Shown: one piece after another, positions 55,716 to 64,000 of the stretch | Layout of the letters: the number at the start of each line of letters is the position of its first letter | How positions within the stretch are numbered: position 1 is the stretch's first letter | Assembly (NCBI RefSeq): GCF_003018255.1 | Contig: NZ_CP027440.1 | DNA: 64,000 nucleotides | DNA from: Escherichia coli | Lineage (GTDB): Bacteria > Pseudomonadota > Gammaproteobacteria > Enterobacterales > Enterobacteriaceae | Direction: 5' to 3' (one strand) | Notes under the pieces: generated by a model | What the model saw: only the letters and a program-made list of their open reading frames with translations | Database searches by the model: none | Told to the model about the DNA's origin: nothing | Translations under genes and position numbers: made by a program

Positions 55716-57737
55716 ATGCGTCTAAACCCCGGCCAACAACAAGCTGTCGAATTCGTTACCGGCCCCTGCCTGGTGCTGGCGGGCGCGGGTTCCGGTAAAA
55801 CTCGTGTTATCACCAATAAAATCGCCCATCTGATCCGCGGTTGCGGTTATCAGGCGCGACATATCGCGGCGGTGACCTTTACCAATAAGGCGGCACGCGA
55901 GATGAAAGAGCGTGTCGGGCAGACGCTGGGGCGTAAAGAGGCGCGTGGGCTGATGATCTCCACCTTTCACACGCTGGGGCTGGATATCATTAAGCGTGAG
56001 TACGCGGCGTTGGGGATGAAGGCTAACTTTTCGCTGTTTGACGATACCGATCAGCTTGCTTTGCTTAAAGAGTTGACCGAGGGGCTGATTGAAGATGACA
56101 AAGTTCTCCTGCAACAGCTAATTTCGACCATCTCCAACTGGAAGAACGATCTCAAAACACCGGCGCAGGCGGCGGCAGAGGCAAAGGGCGAGCGGGACCG
56201 TATTTTTGCCCATTGTTATGGGCTGTATGATGCACACCTGAAAGCCTGTAACGTTCTCGATTTCGATGATCTGATTTTATTGCCAACGTTGCTGTTGCAA
56301 CGCAATGAAGAAGTCCGCGAGCGCTGGCAGAACAAAATTCGCTACCTGCTGGTGGACGAATATCAGGACACCAACACCAGCCAGTATGAGCTGGTGAAAC
56401 TGCTGGTGGGCAGCCGCGCGCGCTTTACCGTGGTGGGTGACGATGACCAGTCGATCTACTCCTGGCGCGGCGCACGTCCGCAAAACCTGGTGCTGCTGAG
56501 TCAGGATTTTCCGGCGCTGAAGGTGATTAAGCTTGAGCAGAACTACCGCTCTTCCGGACGTATTTTGAAAGCGGCGAACATCCTGATCGCCAATAACCCG
56601 CACGTCTTTGAAAAGCGTCTGTTCTCCGAACTGGGTTACGGCACAGAGCTAAAAGTTTTAAGCGCGAATAACGAGGAACATGAAGCCGAGCGCGTTACTG
56701 GCGAGCTGATTGCCCATCACTTCGTCAATAAAACGCAGTACAAAGATTACGCCATTCTTTATCGCGGTAACCATCAGTCGCGGGTGTTTGAAAAATTCCT
56801 GATGCAAAACCGCATCCCGTACAAAATTTCTGGTGGTACGTCGTTTTTCTCTCGTCCTGAAATCAAGGACTTGCTGGCTTATCTGCGCGTGCTGACTAAC
56901 CCGGACGATGATAGTGCGTTCCTGCGTATCGTTAACACGCCGAAGCGAGAGATTGGCCCGGCGACGCTGAAAAAGTTGGGTGAATGGGCGATGACGCGCA
57001 ATAAAAGCATGTTTACCGCCAGCTTTGATATGGGCCTGAGTCAGACGCTTAGCGGACGTGGTTATGAAGCATTGACCCGCTTCACTCACTGGTTGGCAGA
57101 AATCCAGCGTCTGGCGGAGCGGGAGCCGATTGCCGCGGTGCGTGATCTGATCCACGGCATGGATTATGAATCCTGGCTGTACGAAACATCGCCCAGCCCG
57201 AAAGCCGCCGAAATGCGCATGAAGAACGTCAACCAACTGTTTAGCTGGATGACGGAGATGCTGGAAGGCAGCGAACTGGATGAGCCGATGACGCTCACCC
57301 AGGTGGTGACGCGCTTTACTTTGCGCGACATGATGGAGCGTGGTGAGAGTGAAGAAGAGCTGGATCAGGTGCAACTGATGACTCTCCACGCGTCGAAAGG
57401 GCTGGAGTTTCCTTATGTCTACATGGTCGGTATGGAAGAGGGGTTTTTGCCGCACCAGAGCAGCATCGATGAAGATAATATCGATGAGGAGCGGCGGCTG
57501 GCCTATGTCGGCATTACCCGCGCCCAGAAGGAATTGACCTTTACGCTGTGTAAAGAACGCCGTCAGTACGGAGAACTGGTGCGCCCGGAGCCGAGCCGCT
57601 TCCTGCTGGAGCTGCCGCAGGATGATTTGATTTGGGAACAGGAGCGCAAAGTGGTCAGCGCCGAAGAACGGATGCAGAAAGGGCAAAGCCATCTGGCGAA
57701 TCTGAAAGCGATGATGGCGGCAAAACGAGGGAAATAA
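55716..57737 (+). CDS. rep: ATP-dependent DNA helicase Rep
   Basis: 673 aa from [33 protein letters not shown]...; UvrD/Rep superfamily 1 helicase motifs. Confidence 0.96.
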   Translation: MRLNPGQQQAVEFVTGPCLVLAGAGSGKTRVITNKIAHLIRGCGYQARHIAAVTFTNKAAREMKERVGQTLGRKEARGLMISTFHTLGLDIIKREYAALGMKANFSLFDDTDQLALLKELTEGLIEDDKVLLQQLISTISNWKNDLKTPAQAAAEAKGERDRIFAHCYGLYDAHLKACNVLDFDDLILLPTLLLQRNEEVRERWQNKIRYLLVDEYQDTNTSQYELVKLLVGSRARFTVVGDDDQSIYSWRGARPQNLVLLSQDFPALKVIKLEQNYRSSGRILKAANILIANNPHVFEKRLFSELGYGTELKVLSANNEEHEAERVTGELIAHHFVNKTQYKDYAILYRGNHQSRVFEKFLMQNRIPYKISGGTSFFSRPEIKDLLAYLRVLTNPDDDSAFLRIVNTPKREIGPATLKKLGEWAMTRNKSMFTASFDMGLSQTLSGRGYEALTRFTHWLAEIQRLAEREPIAAVRDLIHGMDYESWLYETSPSPKAAEMRMKNVNQLFSWMTEMLEGSELDEPMTLTQVVTRFTLRDMMERGESEEELDQVQLMTLHASKGLEFPYVYMVGMEEGFLPHQSSIDEDNIDEERRLAYVGITRAQKELTFTLCKERRQYGELVRPEPSRFLLELPQDDLIWEQERKVVSAEERMQKGQSHLANLKAMMAAKRGK

Positions 57738-57742
57738 TCAAG

Positions 57743-57774
57743 GCCGGAAAAGATGTGTCAGCATCGCATCCGGC
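57743..57774. terminator. Hairpin between convergent rep and gppA (REP-like or bidirectional terminator)
   Basis: GCCGGA...TCCGGC inverted repeat between the two stop codons. Confidence 0.55.
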
Positions 57775-57783
57775 ACTTACTCA

Positions 57784-59268
57784 TTAATGCACTTCCAGCG
57801 GCCAGTGGACATAGCTCTGCCACTGGCTTTCCTGATCAATAATCTCTTTACCCAGCGGATGTTGGGTTAGCCAACCTTGCGGAAGCGTCAAGGTCAACAG
57901 TTCATGGTTAGCCTGTAATGTCATCTCTGGCACGAGATCGTCACGGCGACGGCTGGCAAAAATGATAGCCAGGCGGAGTAAACGGCAGAGTTGTTCTGCG
58001 ACGCGCGGTGGTACGGCATTTTGCTGATGCAGCGATGAGAGATCGACCGGATTAGTCTGGTTGAGCAGTAGCGTCGCCAGCAGTTTTTTCTGTGCGGGGG
58101 TAAAACCGGGAAGATCCAGATTACGTACCAGATAAGCAGCGTGTTGCGGCGCTTGTTTGAAGTCAACGCTCAGGCCGATTTCATGAAGCTGACAGGCGCT
58201 GATGAGCAAATCGCGGCTTATTGCTTCAAGATGCCATTCATTTTCCACCTGATCGTAGAAGTTAGCCGCAACTTTGGCTACGCGCTGTGCCTGATCAATA
58301 TCGATCATAAAGCGGCGCTGAATATTACGCAGCGTACGGCTGCGAATATCCTGCTCGACGGTAAGATGCAACATACCGTAGACCAGGCCTTCACGCAGCG
58401 CACCGCCCGCCAGGGTCATACACTGAATATTCAGTTCGGTAAAAATGGCTATCAGGATCGCCAGACCACTCGGGAACACTAACGCACGTTCCAGCGTCAG
58501 CCCGTCAATCTCTAGCTCTTCCAGCCGACCGCAATGAATGGCGCGTTGTTTCAGTTGCTGCAACTTTTCCAGGGTAATGCGTTCATCCATCCCCTGTGCC
58601 ATCATGATTTCCTGTAACGCCTGCACGGTGCCGGAAGCGCCAACGCACACTTTCCAGCCGTGATACCGTAATTCATCGGCAACCGGACGTAACACTTCGC
58701 GTGCCGCTTTTTCTGCAGCATCAAAATTTTCCTGCGCCAGATTACGATCGGCAAAATAGCGTTCCAGCCAGGTGACGCAGCCCATCGACAGGCTGAACAA
58801 CGAGGTGGTTTGTGCACCCGTGCCGGTTACCAGTTCAGTACTGGCACCGCCTATATCCACCACCAGGCGCTGATCGGCACCGCCTGTTGTGTGGGCCACC
58901 CCCTGATAAATCAGGCGGGCTTCTTCTTCACCGCTGATGACTTGTACCGGGCAGCCAAGGATTTCCTGTGCTTTGGCGATAAAATCACCCGCATTGACGG
59001 CTAGTCGTAATGTCGCCGTAGCGACAACGCGAATTTGCGAGGGAGGGATATCTTGCAGACGTTCAGCAAACAGGCGCAGACATTGCCAACCGCGCTCCAT
59101 TGCTTCATTAGACAGGGCATTTTCGCTATTCAGGCCAGCAGCCAGACGCACTTTGCGTTTAATTCGCGTCAGCGTCTGGATGCTTCCAGCCACCTCGCGC
59201 ACAACCAGCATATGAAAACTATTCGAACCGAGATCAATGGCTGCATACAGCGACGAGGTGGAACCCAT
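57784..59268 (-). CDS. gppA: Guanosine pentaphosphate phosphohydrolase / exopolyphosphatase GppA
   Basis: 494 aa from [23 protein letters not shown]...; the track ORF begins 3 codons upstream. Confidence 0.95.
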   Translation of the reverse strand: MGSTSSLYAAIDLGSNSFHMLVVREVAGSIQTLTRIKRKVRLAAGLNSENALSNEAMERGWQCLRLFAERLQDIPPSQIRVVATATLRLAVNAGDFIAKAQEILGCPVQVISGEEEARLIYQGVAHTTGGADQRLVVDIGGASTELVTGTGAQTTSLFSLSMGCVTWLERYFADRNLAQENFDAAEKAAREVLRPVADELRYHGWKVCVGASGTVQALQEIMMAQGMDERITLEKLQQLKQRAIHCGRLEELEIDGLTLERALVFPSGLAILIAIFTELNIQCMTLAGGALREGLVYGMLHLTVEQDIRSRTLRNIQRRFMIDIDQAQRVAKVAANFYDQVENEWHLEAISRDLLISACQLHEIGLSVDFKQAPQHAAYLVRNLDLPGFTPAQKKLLATLLLNQTNPVDLSSLHQQNAVPPRVAEQLCRLLRLAIIFASRRRDDLVPEMTLQANHELLTLTLPQGWLTQHPLGKEIIDQESQWQSYVHWPLEVH

Positions 59269-59401
59269 ACTCTTCATCCTTCAATCTGTCTCTGTGTTGG
59301 CTGCGTTCTTTCACCCAAATCACTTACTACAGCATGCGCATCGGGATTCATTCTCTTGCCATCTTGATACAGTTTGAATGATTTTGAGTATGACATTTTA
59401 T

Positions 59402-60667
59402 TTAACCTGAACGACGACGATTACGCGGAGCACCAGTACGACGCGGACCATTGCCTGTACGCGGGCGCGTGAGGCGCAGCGGTTTTGGCAGATCGGTCAT
59501 CAATGCGTCCGGATTGTATTTGCTTACCGGAATTGAGTGACCAATATAGGTCTCAATAGCAGGCAAATTCAATGCATACTCTTCACATGCCAGGCTGATG
59601 GAATGACCACTTGCGCCAGCGCGACCTGTACGACCAATACGGTGAACGTAATCTTCACAGTCATCGGGTAAATCGTAGTTAAAGACGTGCGTCACAGCCG
59701 GGATATGCAGGCCACGCGCGGCAACATCGGTGGCAACCAGAATATCCAAATCACCACGGGTAAATTCATCAAGAATACGCAGACGTTTTTTCTGCGCGAC
59801 ATCGCCTGTCAACAAACCGACACGATGACCATCTGCCGCCAGGTGGCCCCAGATCTCTTCACAACGGTGTTTGGTGTTGGCGAAAATAATCGCTCTGTCT
59901 GGCCACTCTTCTTCGATCAGCGTTTGCAGCAAACGCATTTTTTCTTCGTTAGAAGGGTAGAAAAGCTCTTCTTTAATACGGTGGCCCGTTTTCTGTTCCG
60001 GTTCCACTTCAATATATTCGGCATTGTTCATCTGCTCGAACGCCAGTTCACGTACCCGGTACGAAAGCGTGGCGGAGAACAGCATGTTGAGGCGCTGGTT
60101 TGCAGGCGGCATACGGCGGAACAGCCAGCGGATATCTTTAATAAAGCCCAGATCGTACATACGATCGGCTTCGTCCAGTACCACTACCTGAATGGCACCG
60201 AGGTTAATGTGGTTCTGCTTGGCGTAGTCAATTAAACGCCCCGTGGTGCCAATCAGAATGTCAACGCCGCTTTCCAGCACTTTCAGCTGTTTGTCGTAGC
60301 CATCACCACCGTAAGCCAGACCCAGCTTCAGGCCGGTAGCTTGCGCAAGTGGCTCCGCGTCGGCGTGGATCTGCACGGCAAGTTCACGCGTCGGTGCCAT
60401 AATTAAGGCACGCGGTTGATTCACCTTGCGATCGGCAATCGCGGGATGAGAGAGAAGATAATGAAACGTTGACGTAAGAAACGCCATCGTTTTCCCGGTA
60501 CCGGTTTGCGCCTGCCCGGCTACGTCACGACCCGCCAGCGTCAGCGGAAGGGCCAGTGCCTGAATGGGCGTACAGTTATGAAACCCTTTTTTTTCAAGGG
60601 CTTCTACAACCTTCGGATGCAGGGCGAAGTCGGAAAACTTCTGTTCTGTTAAATGTGTTTTGCTCAT
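59402..60667 (-). CDS. rhlB: ATP-dependent RNA helicase RhlB (DEAD-box)
   Basis: 421-aa ORF with Walker A-type motif AQTGTGKT, a DEAD box and an Arg-rich C-terminus. Confidence 0.96.
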   Translation of the reverse strand: MSKTHLTEQKFSDFALHPKVVEALEKKGFHNCTPIQALALPLTLAGRDVAGQAQTGTGKTMAFLTSTFHYLLSHPAIADRKVNQPRALIMAPTRELAVQIHADAEPLAQATGLKLGLAYGGDGYDKQLKVLESGVDILIGTTGRLIDYAKQNHINLGAIQVVVLDEADRMYDLGFIKDIRWLFRRMPPANQRLNMLFSATLSYRVRELAFEQMNNAEYIEVEPEQKTGHRIKEELFYPSNEEKMRLLQTLIEEEWPDRAIIFANTKHRCEEIWGHLAADGHRVGLLTGDVAQKKRLRILDEFTRGDLDILVATDVAARGLHIPAVTHVFNYDLPDDCEDYVHRIGRTGRAGASGHSISLACEEYALNLPAIETYIGHSIPVSKYNPDALMTDLPKPLRLTRPRTGNGPRRTGAPRNRRRSG

Positions 60668-60797
60668 AGTGTGGTAGAATATCAGCTTACTATTGCTTTA
60701 CGAAAGCGTATCCGGTGAAATAAAGTCAACCTTTAGTTGGTTAATGTTACACCAACAACGAAACCAACACGCCAGGCTTATTCCTGTGGAGTTATAT

Positions 60798-61127
60798 ATG
60801 AGCGATAAAATTATTCACCTGACTGACGACAGTTTTGACACGGATGTACTCAAAGCGGACGGGGCGATCCTCGTCGATTTCTGGGCAGAGTGGTGCGGTC
60901 CGTGCAAAATGATCGCCCCGATTCTGGATGAAATCGCTGACGAATATCAGGGCAAACTGACCGTTGCAAAACTGAACATCGATCAAAACCCTGGCACTGC
61001 GCCGAAATATGGCATCCGTGGTATCCCGACTTTGCTGCTGTTCAAAAACGGTGAAGTGGCGGCAACCAAAGTGGGCGCACTGTCTAAAGGTCAGTTGAAA
61101 GAGTTCCTCGACGCTAACCTGGCGTAA
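60798..61127 (+). CDS. trxA: Thioredoxin 1
   Basis: 109 aa from [41 protein letters not shown]...; WCGPC active site; the track ORF begins 35 codons upstream. Confidence 0.97.
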
Positions 61128-61267
61128 GGGAATTTCATGTTCGGGTGCCCCGTCGCTAAAAACTGGACGCCCGGCGTGAGTCATGCTAACTTAGTGTTGA
61201 CTTCGTATTAAACATACCTTATTAAGTTTGAATCTTGTAATTTCCAACGCTTCCCGTTTTATCTTAA

Positions 61268-61369
61268 ATGCGAAGTGAACAGATTTCTGGCTCGTCACTC
61301 AATCCGTCTTGTCGTTTCAGTTCTGCGTACTCTCCTGTGACCAGGCAGCGAAAAGACATGAGTCGATGA
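61268..61369 (+). CDS. rhoL: rho leader peptide RhoL
   Basis: 33-codon ORF MRSEQISGSSLNPSCRFSSAYSPVTRQRKDMSR upstream of rho; not in the ORF track. Confidence 0.8.
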   Translation: MRSEQISGSSLNPSCRFSSAYSPVTRQRKDMSR

Positions 61370-61453
61370 CCGTAAACAGGCATGGATGATCCTGCCATAC
61401 CATTCACAACATTAAGTTCGAGATTTACCCCAAGTTTAAGAACTCACACCACT

Positions 61454-62713
61454 ATGAATCTTACCGAATTAAAGAATACGCCGGTTTCTGAGCTGATCAC
61501 TCTCGGCGAAAATATGGGGCTGGAAAACCTGGCTCGTATGCGTAAGCAGGACATTATTTTTGCCATCCTGAAGCAGCACGCAAAGAGTGGCGAAGATATC
61601 TTTGGTGATGGTGTACTGGAGATATTGCAGGATGGATTTGGTTTCCTCCGTTCCGCAGACAGCTCCTACCTCGCCGGTCCTGATGACATCTACGTTTCCC
61701 CTAGCCAAATCCGCCGTTTCAACCTCCGCACTGGTGATACCATCTCTGGTAAGATTCGCCCGCCGAAAGAAGGTGAACGCTATTTTGCGCTGCTGAAAGT
61801 TAACGAAGTTAACTTCGACAAACCTGAAAACGCCCGCAACAAAATCCTCTTTGAGAACTTAACCCCGCTGCACGCAAACTCTCGTCTGCGTATGGAACGT
61901 GGTAACGGTTCTACTGAAGATTTAACCGCTCGCGTACTGGATCTGGCATCACCTATCGGTCGTGGTCAGCGTGGTCTGATTGTGGCACCGCCGAAAGCCG
62001 GTAAAACCATGCTGCTGCAGAACATTGCTCAGAGCATTGCTTACAACCACCCGGATTGTGTGCTGATGGTTCTGCTGATCGACGAACGTCCGGAAGAAGT
62101 AACCGAGATGCAGCGTCTGGTAAAAGGTGAAGTTGTTGCTTCTACCTTTGACGAACCAGCATCTCGCCACGTTCAGGTCGCGGAAATGGTGATCGAGAAG
62201 GCGAAACGCCTTGTTGAGCACAAGAAAGACGTTATCATCCTGCTCGACTCCATCACTCGTCTGGCGCGCGCTTACAACACCGTTGTTCCGGCGTCAGGTA
62301 AAGTGCTGACCGGTGGTGTGGATGCCAACGCCCTGCATCGTCCGAAACGCTTCTTCGGTGCGGCGCGTAACGTGGAAGAGGGCGGCAGCCTGACCATCAT
62401 CGCTACCGCGCTTATCGATACCGGTTCCAAGATGGACGAAGTTATCTACGAAGAGTTTAAAGGTACAGGCAACATGGAACTGCACCTCTCTCGTAAGATC
62501 GCTGAAAAACGCGTCTTCCCGGCAATCGACTACAACCGTTCCGGTACCCGTAAAGAAGAGCTGCTCACTACTCAGGAAGAACTGCAGAAAATGTGGATCC
62601 TGCGCAAAATCATTCACCCGATGGGCGAAATCGATGCAATGGAATTCCTCATTAATAAACTGGCAATGACCAAGACCAATGACGATTTCTTCGAAATGAT
62701 GAAACGCTCATAA
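61454..62713 (+). CDS. rho: Transcription termination factor Rho
   Basis: 419 aa from [40 protein letters not shown]...; the track ORF begins 24 codons upstream. Confidence 0.98.
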
Positions 62714-62730
62714 ATTTGTCTTATGCCAAA

Positions 62731-62764
62731 AACGCCACGTGTTTACGTGGCGTTTTGCTTTTAT
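62731..62764 (+). terminator. rho rho-independent terminator
   Basis: AACGCCACGT-GTTT-ACGTGGCGTT hairpin followed by a T-rich tract. Confidence 0.8.
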
Positions 62765-62952
62765 ATCTGTAATCTTAATGCCGCGCTGGCAATGTTAGGA
62801 AAATTCCTGGATTTTGCTGGTGTGTTATGCAATTTGCATATCAAATGGTTAATTTTTGCACAGGACTGGTGGGTTCGGAACGGACTTTCCCTTCTGAATA
62901 AAGGTCTTCGTGGTTATACTTCTGCTAATAATTTTCTCTGAGAGCATGCATT

Positions 62953-64000
62953 GTGAATTTACTGACAGTGAGTACTGATCTCATCAGTATTTTTTTATTC
63001 ACGACACTGTTTCTGTTTTTTGCCCGTAAGGTGGCAAAAAAAGTCGGTTTAGTGGATAAACCTAACTTCCGCAAACGTCACCAGGGATTGATACCTCTCG
63101 TTGGGGGGATTTCGGTTTACGCAGGGATTTGCTTCACGTTCGGAATTGTCGATTACTATATTCCGCATGCATCTCTCTATCTCGCTTGTGCTGGTGTGCT
63201 TGTTTTCATTGGCGCGCTGGATGACCGTTTTGATATCAGCGTAAAAATCCGTGCCACCATACAGGCCGCTGTTGGCATTGTTATGATGGTGTTCGGCAAA
63301 CTTTATCTCAGTAGCCTGGGTTATATCTTTGGCTCCTGGGAGATGGTGCTCGGACCGTTTGGTTACTTCCTGACGCTATTTGCCGTCTGGGCGGCCATTA
63401 ATGCGTTCAACATGGTTGATGGCATTGATGGCTTGCTGGGTGGGTTGTCCTGCGTCTCGTTTGCAGCAATCGGTATGATTTTGTGGTTCGACGGGCAAAC
63501 CAGTCTCGCAATCTGGTGCTTTGCGATGATCGCCGCCATCCTGCCATACATCATGCTTAACCTTGGTATCCTGGGTCGCCGCTACAAAGTCTTTATGGGG
63601 GATGCGGGCAGTACGCTGATTGGTTTTACCGTTATCTGGATCCTGCTCGAAACGACCCAGGGCAAAACTCATCCCATCAGCCCGGTTACCGCTTTGTGGA
63701 TAATCGCCATTCCGCTAATGGATATGGTGGCGATTATGTACCGTCGCCTGCGTAAAGGCATGAGCCCATTCTCTCCAGACCGTCAGCATATTCACCATTT
63801 GATCATGCGTGCCGGGTTTACTTCCCGCCAGGCGTTTGTGCTGATTACCCTTGCCGCAGCACTGCTCGCTTCCATTGGCGTGCTGGCAGAATATTCTCAT
63901 TTTGTCCCGGAGTGGGTCATGCTGGTGCTCTTTTTGCTAGCATTCTTCCTCTATGGATATTGCATCAAGCGTGCCTGGAAAGTTGCTCGCTTTATTAAGC
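62953..64000 (+). CDS. wecA: UDP-GlcNAc:undecaprenyl-phosphate GlcNAc-1-phosphate transferase WecA (Rfe), runs to the window end without a stop
   Basis: GTG-initiated frame translating (M)NLLTVSTDLISIFLFTTLFLFFARKVAKKVGLVDKPNFRKRHQG...; absent from the ORF track because of the GTG start and missing stop. Confidence 0.9.
   Translation, partial: MNLLTVSTDLISIFLFTTLFLFFARKVAKKVGLVDKPNFRKRHQGLIPLVGGISVYAGICFTFGIVDYYIPHASLYLACAGVLVFIGALDDRFDISVKIRATIQAAVGIVMMVFGKLYLSSLGYIFGSWEMVLGPFGYFLTLFAVWAAINAFNMVDGIDGLLGGLSCVSFAAIGMILWFDGQTSLAIWCFAMIAAILPYIMLNLGILGRRYKVFMGDAGSTLIGFTVIWILLETTQGKTHPISPVTALWIIAIPLMDMVAIMYRRLRKGMSPFSPDRQHIHHLIMRAGFTSRQAFVLITLAAALLASIGVLAEYSHFVPEWVMLVLFLLAFFLYGYCIKRAWKVARFIK

Noticed and set aside
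56658-57692. 344-aa minus-strand ORF
   Set aside because: Antisense to rep, with a low-complexity Arg/His/Leu-rich product.

Overview
This window reads as a contiguous, co-linear segment of an Escherichia coli chromosome spanning the replication origin, from pstA/pstC/pstS through glmSU, the complete atpIBEFHAGDC operon, rsmG-mnmG, oriC, mioC, asnC/asnA, viaA-ravA, kup, rbsDACBKR, hsrA, yieP, a complete rRNA operon (16S, tRNA-Glu, 23S, 5S, tRNA-Asp, tRNA-Trp; rrnC by context), hdfR, maoP, comM, ilvLXGMEDA, ilvY, ilvC, ppiC, rep, gppA, rhlB, trxA, rhoL-rho and most of wecA. Gene identities were assigned by recognising the translated ORFs and RNA sequences from memory, not by database search. 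The only clearly accessory DNA is an AT-rich four-gene chaperone-usher fimbrial operon (major subunit, chaperone, usher, tip adhesin) lying between glmS and pstS, which I interpret as lpf2-like from its position and gene order. The ilvG reading frame is intact, so the background is not K-12. I found no CRISPR array, transposase, integrase, phage gene or toxin/defence cassette, and I do not see a convincing previously undescribed system; the fimbrial island and its upstream regulatory DNA are the most worthwhile targets. Many long ORFs in the six-frame track are antisense or within-rRNA artefacts and were rejected.
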